Shown: positions 1 to 13,000 of the stretch, in pieces
Layout of the letters: each line of letters opens with the position of its first letter
Numbering within the stretch: the first letter of the stretch is position 1
NCBI GenBank assembly: GCA_032718475.1
Contig: JAUCBJ010006805.1
Span: 1 to 64,000, forward strand
DNA: 64,000 bases
Reading direction: 5' to 3'
Source of the DNA: Nemertoderma westbladi
Lineage: Eukaryota; Animalia; Xenacoelomorpha
The notes under the pieces: generated by a model
Told to the model about the DNA's origin: nothing
Seen by the model: only the letters and a program-made list of their open reading frames with translations
Database searches by the model: none
Made by a program: the position numbers and the translations under genes

Positions 1-881
1 AACTGTTTATTTATGCAGTCTTGATTCTCCTGAATGTATTCCAATTCTAGTTGGGTGGTTTCTTCAGCCGCTTTCCGTTCTGCTTCTGCCACTTTTGCCT
101 CTGCCGCTGCCTCTGCCGCTGCCTCTGCCGCTTTTGCCTTGGCCGCTGCCGCCTTTCTTTCTGCTTCTGCCACTGCTGCTGCCAAGGCCGCTGCTATTTT
201 CTTTCTGTCTTCTATAAGTTTTTTCTTTACTTGCTCTTCTTGTACTCTAGTGATGCGGAGGAGTTCATCAAATTTAGCTTGGTTCGCAGCTAACATTTCC
301 GCATCGATTGCGTCCAGCACAAGCTTGGTTCCTTCACTATTAGGGCTAAGCCCCTCCAGCCTTCTCCTCAACTCTTCATCTCCTACAAAGCGTTGATAGT
401 CTGACAGATAGATGTCAATAGCATCCCTCTTATGCGGTTTCTCTGCTGTCACTTCGCTTTCTTCTTGAGAAAAAGTGGCGTCGGTTGATTCTTCATAGGT
501 TGGCTGCTCATCATAAACCTTATCCGCCATCTTCGCTCCGCGTTCGGGCGTCCGCTCAACAGTATCCGAACTACTGGAGCTATCGGGCCGTTGAGAAGTA
601 AGTTCTTGGCTCGCGGGTTGTTGCGGTTCCGCTGCTTCTTGGTCCCGCTTGACCTGAGCTCGAGTGCCTATGATAGACCTACGATGTTGGACTAGCCTAG
701 GGTCTGATACTACTACTTGAGGGATGATCTTTCGCACAGTAGGAGGGGACTTAGACTTTGGTCTGGGATGTTCCATACTTTGATCTTGGTCACAGATCCT
801 TTTAAGACGCTGTCTAAGTCTAATACTCATTCTAACACCCTCTAAGAGACTATCTGACAATGTTTGTTGTGAGTCAGACAT
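1..881 (-). CDS. gag: Gag N-terminus of A1 (partial, runs off the window)
   Basis: ATG at 881 (MSDSQQTLSDSLLEG...). Later AEKPHKRDAIDIYLSDYQRF matches the A2 gag ORF 30410-32287. Confidence 0.8.
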   Translation of the reverse strand, partial: MSDSQQTLSDSLLEGVRMSIRLRQRLKRICDQDQSMEHPRPKSKSPPTVRKIIPQVVVSDPRLVQHRRSIIGTRAQVKRDQEAAEPQQPASQELTSQRPDSSSSSDTVERTPERGAKMADKVYDEQPTYEESTDATFSQEESEVTAEKPHKRDAIDIYLSDYQRFVGDEELRRRLEGLSPNSEGTKLVLDAIDAEMLAANQAKFDELLRITRVQEEQVKKKLIEDRKKIAAALAAAVAEAERKAAAAKAKAAEAAAEAAAEAKVAEAERKAAEETTQLELEYIQENQDCINKQ

Positions 882-3143
882 GTTTGTTTACAGTTGAATG
901 CCTACGGCTATAAATACAGCTAAAGTAAGTCTAGTAATTCAGTATCACTGTTAGCCTAATAATTAATTACCGATACTGCTACCCAGTGTAGCGTGATATA
1001 TATAATATTAGAATACCGGTATGCTTATGGTATATATAAGTATTATTACAGACTAGGTTTTTCACAGAAACCGGTATATAAGTTTAGCACAAATATATAT
1101 AAATATATAATAGGCCTATCGAGGATACCGGTATGCAGTTTACACTTATAGTGTATATATATAAGTATAATTACAGACTAAAATTAATTACAGAATACCG
1201 GTATGATTTCAGCTTAAGTTTATGAAAATAAAGCTAATAAGCCTATTGTAAATACCGGTATATCAATTATTTTAAATAATTGAATTTCTGAATTTTAAGG
1301 GTTACTTGGTTACTTTAACTTACTGTATTACCGTTATTTAAGCAGTAGTCCAACTGATATTGAGACCTAATTGTTGTATGGCAGGCCTAGTATTTATAAA
1401 TCGTTTGAGTTGATTTATAATATATATATACCCGTTTTAATGGGTTTTGTCAATGTTTGAAATAAATGTTATTATTTCTGGGGAGTAATCACTACACAAA
1501 GCGGTGCGCTTTCAGTGAAGTGTTACTTATAGGACACTAAAACAAATAATTCTAATTTACCTAAGTTACTTAATACTACAAATTACGTACAATTTGGGTG
1601 AGATTACAATCTCTAAATAAACACAAAAATTTACAAAAACACAAAATACGAATTTTCAGGGTAATTTTACAAGAAGTCTACAAACCAGCCTAACAAAGGG
1701 TTAGAAAACTGGTTATTACAACGGACAGGGTACTGCGGTATTTGAAATAATAAGTAGTAGTAAATACACTGCATTGTCCAGATAGGAAAATACCACCGCC
1801 TGACGACCTATAGCCGTATCGCTATAGGTTCTACGTTATGTATCACGGAGTGTTCCTACCTAGAAGTTAATAGAGCTAATCGAACGTGCCTATCAACCAC
1901 TTTACAACACAAATATAATGCCTACTAATTACTTTCGGAAAGCACTGTACACTAAACCCTAAATTAGGTACGAGTACTTGTATAACAGATAATCAGTAGT
2001 TAAATATACTTGAACAGCTAAAAGAACCACGGCATCTGCTGGAGTGACCGATGCACAAAATCACCAGTCTTTACCTACGCCAAGCAGCCCGTGTAGTACC
2101 GGGGTTAATTTAACTATAGCGGTATGTATAACAAACACAATTACTGTAGGAACAAACTTGGGGAATGAATGTTGCGGATAATCGCATAAACTCTGAATAA
2201 TAAATATTACGCTACGCGTACAAACTACTCAAACAAAATGCAGACCGAACACTGACAGACTACTATCAAGCCTAAACAAACTACGGTATATGCAGACTCC
2301 GAAATAATTAGGTAGTATGTGTTCTAACCCAGTAGTACGACTTATTCTTTAATTGGGGGTTTACCTTACAGCATTCGCTGCCCCTACTTCCTAACCGTAC
2401 TTAATCGGACAAGTGATCTACACACGCTGCAATCCGCTCAGGCCCAACAACAGCCAGACAACTATCCAGCCTACAAATTATCTAAATAAATATTATACGC
2501 TACCCGTACAGACTTACACAAACAAAGTACAGACTAAACGATGGCAGACTACTCTCAAGCCTAAATAAACTACAGGACATGCAGACTCCGAAATGATTAG
2601 GGAGTATGCGTTCTAACCCTGTAGTACGACTTATTCTTTAGTTGGGGGTTTACCTTACAGCATTCGCTGCCCCTACTTCCTAACCGTACTTAATCGGACA
2701 GGTGATCTACACACACTGCAATTCGTTCGGACTTAACAGCAATCAGACAACAGCTCAGCCTACAAATCGTCTGTACAATCTGATCAGGTTTACACGCCTT
2801 CTGTTCAATACTGGCCTACAAACAAATAAAACTTGACAGAAATAAGTAAAATCTCAATAAAAAACCAGGGCGGGCCCTCCCTGATTAATTATTAAGGCCT
2901 ACCGGTATATAATTATCAAAATCGAATAATACTAATGTACTTATACGGGAAGTACCGGTTAGGACAGTTAGGCCTACGGACCTACAGAAGTACCGGTTCT
3001 GGCAGTTGGACCTACGGGCCTACAGCAGTACCGGTTCTGGCAGTTGGGCCTACTGACCTACAGATGTACTGTTCAGGTTTACCGGTTGACCGGTACTTTC
3101 AACTTTATTGCTTACTGCAATAAAGAAGACATATATCCGTTAT

Positions 3144-4395
3144 TGTTCGCGCTTTCAGACCTTTGGCAGTTTAACCCGCCAAATTAGGATGTCTTCTAGA
3201 TAATAAATCACCTTTAGTCTATGACAAGTATTTAATTCACTACACTAGTCGAAACCAATCTGTGCGCGATCATTCACCCGCTGGATATACCCGGGAGATT
3301 GGGTTCGACGGCTTAATTTTATTGCTATGTAAGCCTAATGTATTATTCGACTGACAGTATTATATAATCTCTGACAATATTATTCACCTTCGGGAAATAT
3401 TAACAGTTCCTTTAGGACGTGGCGCTCTATCTATATAAACAGAGTTATGACTTAAACTACTCACAACGATATGGCTTAGTTACAATTCACATATATGGCG
3501 CATTCTTTAGGAAATGCTTCGTTATCAGTCTCACTCATACACAATGCTGCACAATACTGCACACTGATCTGCCGATCTTCACTGATTTTAGTCACATATA
3601 AAAGGAACACGGACCGAATCAGGTAGGGTCTATCAAATAACATTAGATTCACTTCAAACCACTCAACATAGGTCGCAATCATTTATCTGTAACCCTTCTC
3701 TCTTACCTTCGGTATATCAAGAATATTGGGTTTTCGGGGTTATTTGTCGTTATTCCAAATATAATAATTCATCAACCATGTTATGAAGAACTGACAGTAA
3801 ATAGCAGTATAACAATATAAAAGTATGCACAGTGTTACACAGTATGCAGTGTATGCAGTACTGCAGTATGCAGTATGCAGATAACGGATATATGTCCTTA
3901 TAATTAAGCCTACTAGTGTAGGGCTAAAGCAGAAAAGCACAAAATACTCCAAAGCCGTTCTTCCTGGCTTAGAATCACCAACAACACTGATAAGAATAAC
4001 TATAAGAATACCAGCTACCCTTATTCCACGAAGCTCCCGTCCAACACAGAGAAAGAGCAGTGAGATAGGAAAATTCAGTTCAGTAGCTCTGTGATAGGTC
4101 AAAATCAAAGCCAACTCAAATCCTATTGGCAGATACAGAAAGCAGGGCTATGGGGCAACGTGGCAATATCAGCCGTTAGCCGTCGTCATGGTAGCGACAC
4201 TGTTTTCAAGAGTATCGAGCTTTTTACGTCACGAAATTACAGATTATGTCCTCTAAAGTACAAATACAGAAGAAATGGCTTTTATGTCCTCCAAAACACC
4301 AGTACAGCAAGGACACGGCCTTTTTATGCCTGGTAAACCAACCACAGAGTACTTTACGGGGATAATAACCAGCTAATTACGCAAAAGCTTTTACA
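3144..4395 (-). repeat. 5' LTR of A1 (~1.25 kb)
   Basis: Ends TGTTCGCGC...GCTTTTACA (TG..CA). Homologous to 22417-25228, 34469-35672 and 61252-62484. Confidence 0.92.
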
Positions 4396-4993
4396 GCTTT
4401 GGTTCAGGACATATTGCTAGAGATTGTACACGAATTCAGCCGTGCTATAACTGTAAGAGAACTGGTCACCATCAATCAATTTGTACAAGAGTACAACGTG
4501 GTCCAAGTGTCCAACAACCACAAGGTAAAGGTAGTAGTAGTCATAGTATGTTGGTTGGCACAAATCAGATATCCGTTAAGGGTGATCCAGAGTTTAATGA
4601 TATAAATGATTCAACAGGTTCAACAACATTGACCGTTCAAGTCGCCAGCTTGGACATAACAGTTAGTGGTATACTTCAAACGGCTGTAGTCAACTGTCAA
4701 CCGGGTCACAATACCACAACTTCATTTCAGGTAAACACATTTCTTGATCCTGGTAGTGAAAGATCATTCATTGTTCGGGAGACGGTACTGAAATATAAAT
4801 TACCTATAGTAGGGAAGCAAGTCATTAACATTAACAGTTTCCAAGGTCATGAAGTTAAAGAGAGAGATATTCAGTCTCTAGATATTGCGCAAATTACATT
4901 AATACTACGCAACAGCACAATTTTGGTTGTACAAGCATTAGTTGTAGGGGAAATTTGTAAACCATTACAAAGTAAGTTTTCAGCTGCATCTCT
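4396..4993 (+). pseudogene. Host BEL/Pao element C: gag zinc knuckles and aspartic protease fragment
   Basis: FGSGHIARDC..CYNCKRTGHHQSIC knuckles, then ILQTAVV and the FLDPGSERSFI protease motif. The frame resumes at ~20309 (GLSDCSLANP...LLIGSDFYW). Confidence 0.85.
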
Positions 4994-6470
4994 TCAGAAC
5001 CGTATTGGCTCATGTTTTCACTCACTCGGTGGGATAAATATTTCTCCATTTGACGCAACACCGCCGCGGCCGCTATGAGGGAGGTGAATACCGCGGCCGC
5101 TCCTAAAGCCGCAGGCCATCGCTAACTATATAGGTTAACTTGGGATTCTGGGGGACTTTTCGATGAAGGAACTGACCAAATTTTTTTATTTTCTCACCAG
5201 GGGAGCGGCTCGGAATTCTAAGATATTAGCAACTCTAACATGATTAAATCTAACCCTGCGACGGACACGGCGGACAAAAATCCGTCATTTTTTCGACAAT
5301 TTTAAAATTTTTTTGAAAGGCGCTCTACAGTGGCTCGAAAAAACCCTAGGTTATTGCTTAGCCGACGCCGGGATACGATAGAAGGGATTAATTAGTGAAT
5401 TCGTTTTTTTTTTCAAAAAAGATTACCACGCCTTTTTTCCGAAAATGTCCGTCAAAGTTGAAAAAACGGACAAAATGACTTTGCGGGATCCGCTATAACT
5501 CGGCTAATATTAATCGTACGGGGACGAAAGTAACGCGGTTGGAAAGGGGAAGAGTGGTACTACCTTCGTATCGAATGGGGGTAAGATATTTATTAAAATT
5601 TCGGGTGGAAAAAGGGGCTGTAAATTTGTACGTTTTTGTCCGTCTTTTTTGGAAAACTTATTTCCGAAATGTTTAATTCGACAACGCGGGTAGGAATCCA
5701 CTAATTCTTTTATGAAACTCGTAGAAGACCATTGGGGCTACGTTCCTATCGAATGGGGGTACAAAAAATATGTCGGCAATAGGGGCCAAAAAGGGCCAGA
5801 ATTTGTAAAGTAGTTTTTATCGAATAATTTTTTATTTTTAACTTTAGTTGGTTAAGGTACATTCTATACAGTCAATATCCATACGGGGAATTCAAATATG
5901 CTATCGGTTTTGCTCCAAGGATGATATTAAAAAAATGAGGGCCAAAATTATAATTTCGCGCTTCAAACTTGCTTCGCGGGAAATCGTCTAGCTCGAAAAC
6001 TACTTAACTTACGGGAGATTTGTTTACACAGACTTATAGTGCGTTAAATTATCTATCTAACAGCGTTAATCACAGCGCCGGAGGTATTATAAAACTGGAG
6101 CGGCAGGCGATCGTGTGAAATATAATATTTATAAAAAGGGACGAAAATTTTTTTTTTAACAAATCGCTATTCCATTATAATTTAGCGTATTGCGCCAAAA
6201 GTACCTGTAAAAAGTATCAAATTAACTCCGCTATCTTTTATCTTAACATATATAATTAAAATTACGAATTTTAAGGGTCGAAAAATATCGCGTTATTTTC
6301 GCCCTTTTTTTTAATTTTTTTGGGGCCAAAAATAACCCCTTTTCAAAAGATTAAGAAAAAAATTACGGCAAAGAATATACCAACTTTATTGAATTTGGAC
6401 CACCAGAACCGAAGTTAGAGCGATTTTAGTGAAAAAATAAAAATAATTTTTTTTGCAAAAAAATTAAGAA

Positions 6471-6549
6471 TGGTGAGGTCAATATTGGATTTCGAACCCG
6501 CGAACTTAGGTTTCATTAACGTGATTGATAACCACTAGACTATGTGACC
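6471..6549 (-). other. Degenerate tRNA-like sequence (pseudo-tRNA or SINE head)
   Basis: Minus strand reads GGTCACATAGTCTAGTGGTTA...GGGTTCGAAATCC...TTGACCTCACCA, with A-box and B-box motifs. The anticodon arm is poor. Confidence 0.5.
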
Positions 6550-7130
6550 AAGAGAATTTGAAATTTTCGAGTGACTATTTTTAAACATAAATAACTTCGG
6601 TTCTACAGAGCCGTTTAATCTGAAACTCTTTTCATTGGATAGAGGATAGATTGTCGTGTGTGAAATAGGATAAAACTTGGGAAAAGACTTATGTGCACTT
6701 AGTGCAAAATGCACTTAAATAGTGAACATTTTTTCGATATTTCAAACACTGTTATTTCCAGTTCTATTCATCGTAGAATGTTATTTTTTGGATTAAAATG
6801 TAGTTTGGAATGATTTCTAACTATAATCGTAACATTTGTTTAACTTTTTATGTCTATAAAGTGATTTAAAAATGTCCATGAATATGGTCCAAAATCGCAA
6901 ATCCAGATTTATTAAATTGGATTTTTGACACTTTTAGCGACTGACACTTGATCATACACCATCGTAGATCGGTAGAGGATAAACATAAGTTTGTTAAATA
7001 AGAGCCACCATTACGATCTGCTAAAGTGCATTTGTACAAATAAGTGTGCAAAAGTGCAAATTTTTTAATAAGGTCAAATTATATAGTATTGGGTTCTTTT
7101 CTTTGCAGATACTTTATTTTCATATTAATA

Positions 7131-7671
7131 TGTTAGCTTATTCAATCCCGCCAACACCCCATAAAGTTATAAGCCGATAAGCAATATTGGGAGCCACGAG
7201 ATTGGGCAATTAACCAACTCGTGCCATCCCAATAAGAGTGGGAAGGAAGCACACAATAGAGGGTCAGGGGCCAAACCCCTAACCCAGAGAGAACAGGTGG
7301 AGTGAACGGGAATACTCCACGGGGCGCCAACAAGGGTATTAACCAATCAGAGGGGGGAATGGCATCGATTGAGTAGCAGTAAGGCCACCGTGCAATATAA
7401 CCAATAACCTATTAATCAGTGATTCAGTTATCTCAGTGCAGCAGTGCTAGCGTAGGGTACAGTCAATTAGTTTAGTTAGGGGATCACGGGACTTTAGTTA
7501 CCGTATCCCGCCTTGTACACATTATACCTATATCTATATCCTATGTCCTATTATTATTATACACCGAACTTCAGAACTCAGTTACCTTTATTTCACCCTT
7601 ATACACGGCGGGGATGCGTGGACTAAATTACCACATCGGATAAATCGGGATCCCTCCTGGATCCCGTCACA
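7131..7671 (+). repeat. 5' LTR of element B
   Basis: Direct repeat of 18840-19380. CCAAT at 7343, TATAA at 7396, initiator-like TTCAGTT at 7423. Confidence 0.95.
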
Positions 7672-7751
7672 GTAACTAAATCCGAGCTGCCGCCCCAGTT
7701 AAACTCTGAGAACTACACTGCTTGCTAGTCGAACTCCACCGAGCAGACGAG

Positions 7752-10056
7752 ATGAGTGAATCGGGCGAGACACCGACGCGGACCCCGGACGAAGATCAAA
7801 CGATCTGCGAGGCCGCGACCAAGCGATACAGGCCCACGACGCCGGAGCCATCGATAACGGGCGAACCGGAAGTCCAGGACGAGGAGGGCCTGGAACCCGA
7901 AGTCGAGCCAAGAGAGAAAGAGAGCGAGATGGAGGGAGATGGAGACGAGTCGACACGAGAGGGAGAACGGCGCGCCGATGTCGCCGGCCAGCTACCGGCC
8001 GAGGGTGACGAGCGGCCCACCGAAACGGCGACGGTGGGGCCGACGGTGCGACGCCGGACGCGAAGAGACGGAGGAGAGATCGGTACCGATGTCGCCGGCC
8101 AGCTACAGGCCGAGGGCGACGGACGGCCCACCGGTACGACGTCGAACCCGGAGGGACGGAGGAGAGGTCGGCGACGAGGACGTCGGGGTTTCTGAGCGAC
8201 TTCGACGGGCCTACAACGCGACCCGGAAGCTGATAAACGACGCCAAGAAGGAAGGGGCGAAGGTAGACGAGGTGAGACTGAGAAAGCGACTAGGTGAGTC
8301 GGATAGACACTTAAATTACCTAATACGTTTTGGGCAGAGAGAACTGGCCGGGGAGAGAGCAGAAAGGATAGCCGGCGAATTGTTTGAACTATGGAAGTGT
8401 GGGAGTATGGAACCTAGTGTAGCGCCAGTGTACATAGGGCCATACTTGGTCGATGCCCGGGGAGTAAAACCAGTGGGTTGGAGGGGACTCGAAGGGGGCG
8501 AATCCGAGGTTAACCCCGAGGATTCGGCCTCGTCGGTCGGAGAAAGCTCCGGGAGGCCGGGGAAAGTTGGTAGGTCGGGAAGGCGGGGGAAGTCCGTCGT
8601 AACCGATAAGTCTGTTACATCCTCCGCGAAAGAAAGAGTGGTGAGAGAGATAGGTGCCGCATACCGCCTCGACGTGGCAGAGCAAGGTCAGAAGGAAATG
8701 GAGGAACGGCTAGAGGAGGGGAGAGCGCGGTTAGCGAGGGAAGCGGCATTGATTAAAGAGAACGGTGAGAGGGTAGAAAGGGCTTTGAGGAGCCTTAGGG
8801 AGAGTGACGAAATAGAGGAAAAGGAGTGTAGAGAGCGTGAGGCTAGGGAGGAAAGGGAACGCAGAGAGCGTGAGGCAAGGGAGGACGAGGAACGCGAGGA
8901 ACGTGAGACAAAAAGGGACGAGGAACGCGAGGAACGTGAGGCAAGAAGGGAAAAGGAACGCAAGGAATATGAGGCAAGAAGGGAAAAGGAACGCAAAGAA
9001 CGTGAGGCGAGATGAAGGGAGAGCGCTAGGAGTGTAGTAGAGTCGGCCAGACGGGACAGCCAGGAAAGTGAGGAGAGAGGGGCAAAGGCTGAGCGAGAGT
9101 TAAGGGAATTAGAGAAACGCCAAGGTGTATCGGCAAAAAATAAGATTAGACGGGCGCACGAGCTGGAATTGGTCCGAGTGTTGCCGTCTGAAAGCGGGGC
9201 CGGCTCGAGTATTTTTGAGGAGCCAGGAGCCGTAGACACGTTCATTAACACCCCACTGACAGGGACCGCACGACAGACCCAAAACTGGTGTAACCGTACG
9301 GGCGAGGGGGGTAATAATAATAATGGTACAGTAGACGTTGTTGATATTAATAGTACCGTATGGGATAACACTAATCAAACCTTTATTGCAGGAAATACTT
9401 TGCCTAGTGGTAGTAATTTAAATTTAAATCAGAACAATCCCAATACTAATGTAGAAAATAATCCTAATGTTGATGTAGTTACGCAAAATAATTCAAATAA
9501 TCAAAATAATAATCCGAATTCGGACCTACAAAATAACTTAAATAACGCAATTACACAGAATAATTCGAATAATTTAAATAATGATCTCAGCCCGAATTTA
9601 CAAAATAATTCAGATAACGTAGTCGCGCAGAATAATGCAAATGGTTTTGTTTCAAACGAGCAAATTGATTCCGTTTCTAATATGGGTGCTATTAATGTAA
9701 ACACGTCGGGCCTACATAACCAGGCGGAAGAGAGCCTGGTAGGCCACGTAGTTAGTAGACAGGGAGCAGAGGGCCTGGTAGGCCACGTAGTTAGTAGACA
9801 GGGAGCAGAGGGCCTGGTAGGCCACGTAGTTAGTAGACAGGGAGCAGAGGGCCTGGCAGGCCACGTAGTTGGTAGGCAGGGAGTAGAGGGTCTGGTAGGC
9901 CATGCAATAACAGAGGGAGAGGCGAGGGTGAACAGACCCGACTGTGATAGGGTTGATGTGTCGACTAGAGAGGTATATAATAGCGGGGAAAGAGGTAGCG
10001 AAGTTAGATGTAGCGAGTGGGGGGGGGGCTACGAGGGCCCCATAACAGAGAGTTAG
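7752..10056 (+). pseudogene. gag: N-terminal low-complexity/coiled-coil part of B gag (disrupted)
   Basis: ATG at 7752, apparent frameshift at ~8130, single in-frame TGA at 9013-9015. Contains an E/R-rich coiled coil, an Asn-rich tract and 39-bp repeats (GLVGHVVSRQGAE, ~9730-9903). Confidence 0.65.
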
Positions 10057-13000
10057 CGGCGAGAAGGGGGGGGCAGAGAGTGTCCCACAGCCGTCAGCAG
10101 ATAATGCGAGGGCCGAAATAGGTAAACCGCAACAACCAGCGACGGAAAGTAATAGGGGGATTACGAGTATCCCCAGCGACGTGCGACCGGGCAAGGAAAG
10201 ACAGGTTGACGTTGCGGGAGGGCGGACGAAGCGTCGAGCCCAATCAGAGGAGGAAAGAAGAACAGTGGGGTTTAACCGGGAGGTCGACGAGAGATCTCGC
10301 GAGCGGGAATATTCCACTGATACGAGAAGAAAGGAAGACAGTAGTAGAAGTATCGCCGCAAACGATAGAAGAGCGAGGACGGACAGCGAGCCGTCGGTAG
10401 TCGAGATGAGAACGGAGAGTCAGTGGGGTCGGACTCCGGGAGATTGCCGTCGCCCCGGAGAGATGCGACCCGGCGAGGCGCATTGCACGCCGAGAGAGGG
10501 GTACGCGATGTACCAGAACGAGGATGAGAACAGTAGAGAGGGGGGTCGGAGAGAAACTTTCCGACGGAATGTACCTACCGGACGAGATTACGGTAGCCGC
10601 AGGGAGGATTATTCGAGAAGAATAAACTTCGATCCCGAACAACACATGCAGACTGTAGGACATACTAGAGGCCTTACTGCACATACCGTAGGCCATACTG
10701 AGAGAGGCAATGTAGGCGATAGGATAGCGTGGACAACGGGATTAAACCCGGAAGTCGCGGAATACATACCGGCGGGTAGGCCAGAAGCTGATAGGCCTAT
10801 ACCGGTACCAGCACTGCAGTATGACTACAGCATGCAGGGACATAACATATACCCAGGGGAGGGGGGAATTATTGCGGATAGGTGCATGGGCCCCAACATA
10901 TTAACATCAACCCCAGTACCAGACATACCGGTGGGGGGGGGACAGGGTGACATTCCCCCATCACAATATCAACAATATACCCCGATGGTAGCAAGAACAA
11001 CGAGACCCTTGGACGAAAACAGATCGTGTGACACAGATATATGGAGGGGGCCGCTACCCCCAATGACATACCCAAGCCAGAGAAAGTCAAGAAATAGGAC
11101 AGACGGAACGCACCAGACAGGGGAAACTATACAGCACCCGTCGAATCCATTGGAAGCGCAGGCGATAGGGATGGCCACGTTGATCGATGCTTTGAAAACG
11201 AGGATCGAGTTACCACCCGTGGAACCATTCAAGTTCGACGGGAGTAGGCCGGAAGAATATTTACAATTTCGGCGAATGTATAGTAACGAAATACTAACAA
11301 AAAACTTGACGCAGGCGGAGTGCCTAAAGTATCTACAAGTGTACACGGGAGGCCCAGCATACGATATCGTGAGGCAATACCAAGGAATAGAGGGCGGCTT
11401 CACGACAGCATGGCGGGCACTGGATAGGGAATACGGGCACCCGGCCAAGATCATCAGGCAGACGCTGAGAGGCATAACATCGGGTGGCCTACAGGATAAC
11501 CCCGTTAGCATTAAGACGTTTGCTAACAAAGTCGAGAAGGCGCTGATCGTGCTGAAGACGCTAGACGCGCCATACGAGCTCAACGCATCCAATAACATCA
11601 CCACGATAGCGCAGGCACTACCGAGCTGGCTGCGCAACAAATGGAGGAAGATCGCTTTCTCCACTCGAGACAAGAAGGGTGCGGAACCGGGTTTAGAAGA
11701 AATGTCAAACTTCTTAAATTACGAGGCCGAACTAATAACGGACCCAGTCTATAGTGAAGACAGCCTGGGAAAGGGACCAAAGACAGACTACCATAGACCA
11801 AAACCAGAGCACAACACATCGAACGCGTTACCGAGACTCAGGCAATCATTGCCATATGCAGCGACGCAGGGGACTGCAAGTCCACAGACAAACGAAGATA
11901 AGACAACATCAAGGGACGGACAGGGGAACAATAACAACATGAATAAACATAACCCCAGTACGTCCAGTAGGCCAAACCCAGTCAATAAGAATAGTAGGGA
12001 CTTTGGTACGAATATAACTGCGATACGCAATGCATTGTATAAAGAGGGCTACGACCCAAAGAGCAAATGCCAGTTACACGCAAATGCGCTTCATAAAACC
12101 ATGAATTGCAGGTACTGGCAGGCGCTACCGAGGCAAGACCAGATAGATTACGCGTCGTGCAATAAAATCTGCTCGCGATGTGTGAAGAGTGGACACAAGG
12201 CCAGGGAATGCCAAGAGAAGCCGGTCAAGTTTGGCCAAAGGAGAGGCCAAACGATGGCAACGAGCACGGTAGGGGCGAAGAAAACAGGCACAGTGCTACT
12301 TGGAGTAGTACCAGTACGAGTGATCGGGGAAGGCAATCGATCAGTAACAACACTAATGCTGGTTGATAGTGGAGCTGCCTTCACATTAGTTGAGGAATGG
12401 GTAGCCGAAGAAATAGGGTTGAGAACGAGACCAAGCAGGATGGCGGTGACAACCATCTCTAGCAAAGACGAGATCCTAGAGATGAGGACAGGACGGTGCG
12501 CAATTGCAGCAGTGGCACCAGGATGCGATTATGGGGCAACCATCGACCCCATCCAAGTAATAGAGTCAATTAACATCAATGCCAGGCGGCCGACCAACAT
12601 CGAGGTCGAGCAATACAAATTCCTGGACAACATTGACTTCTCAATCCCAGACGTGGACGTTAGGAAGGTATCCATCATAGTAGGCATGGACTGCCCAACG
12701 GCCCACGAGAGAAAGCAAACGGTCTTCGGCGAAGACAAGCAGAGCGACCCGGTGGCCATATTAACACCATTCGGGTGGACACTGACAGGCCCAATTAAGA
12801 GTAATATACCATTCCATGTGTCCGAGAGTTCAGGATGCATGGTGCCAGGAACTGACGAGATAGAGGAGAGGCCAGAGATGGGCAATAGTGGTAGACAGCT
12901 AGAAGTAGAAGCAACACCAAGAGAGTGGGCGGAGGAGAATGGTATGGATGCAGAAGATCTAGAGACGATGGGTTGGAATAAGGGTCCCAGCAAGTATCGG

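Larger units (their letters stand above)
1..4395 (-). mobile_element. BEL/Pao-type LTR retrotransposon, family A copy 1 (5' part: 5' LTR, long leader, start of gag; continues off the left edge)
   Basis: Colinear and highly similar to 31780-35672 of the complete copy A2. LTR is 3144-4395. Inserted into the gag of an older BEL element (flank GCTTT at 4396-4400). Confidence 0.9.

Noticed and set aside
7142-7333. Duplicated 63-aa ORF (also at 18851-19042)
   Set aside because: It simply lies within the two LTRs and has no coding signal.
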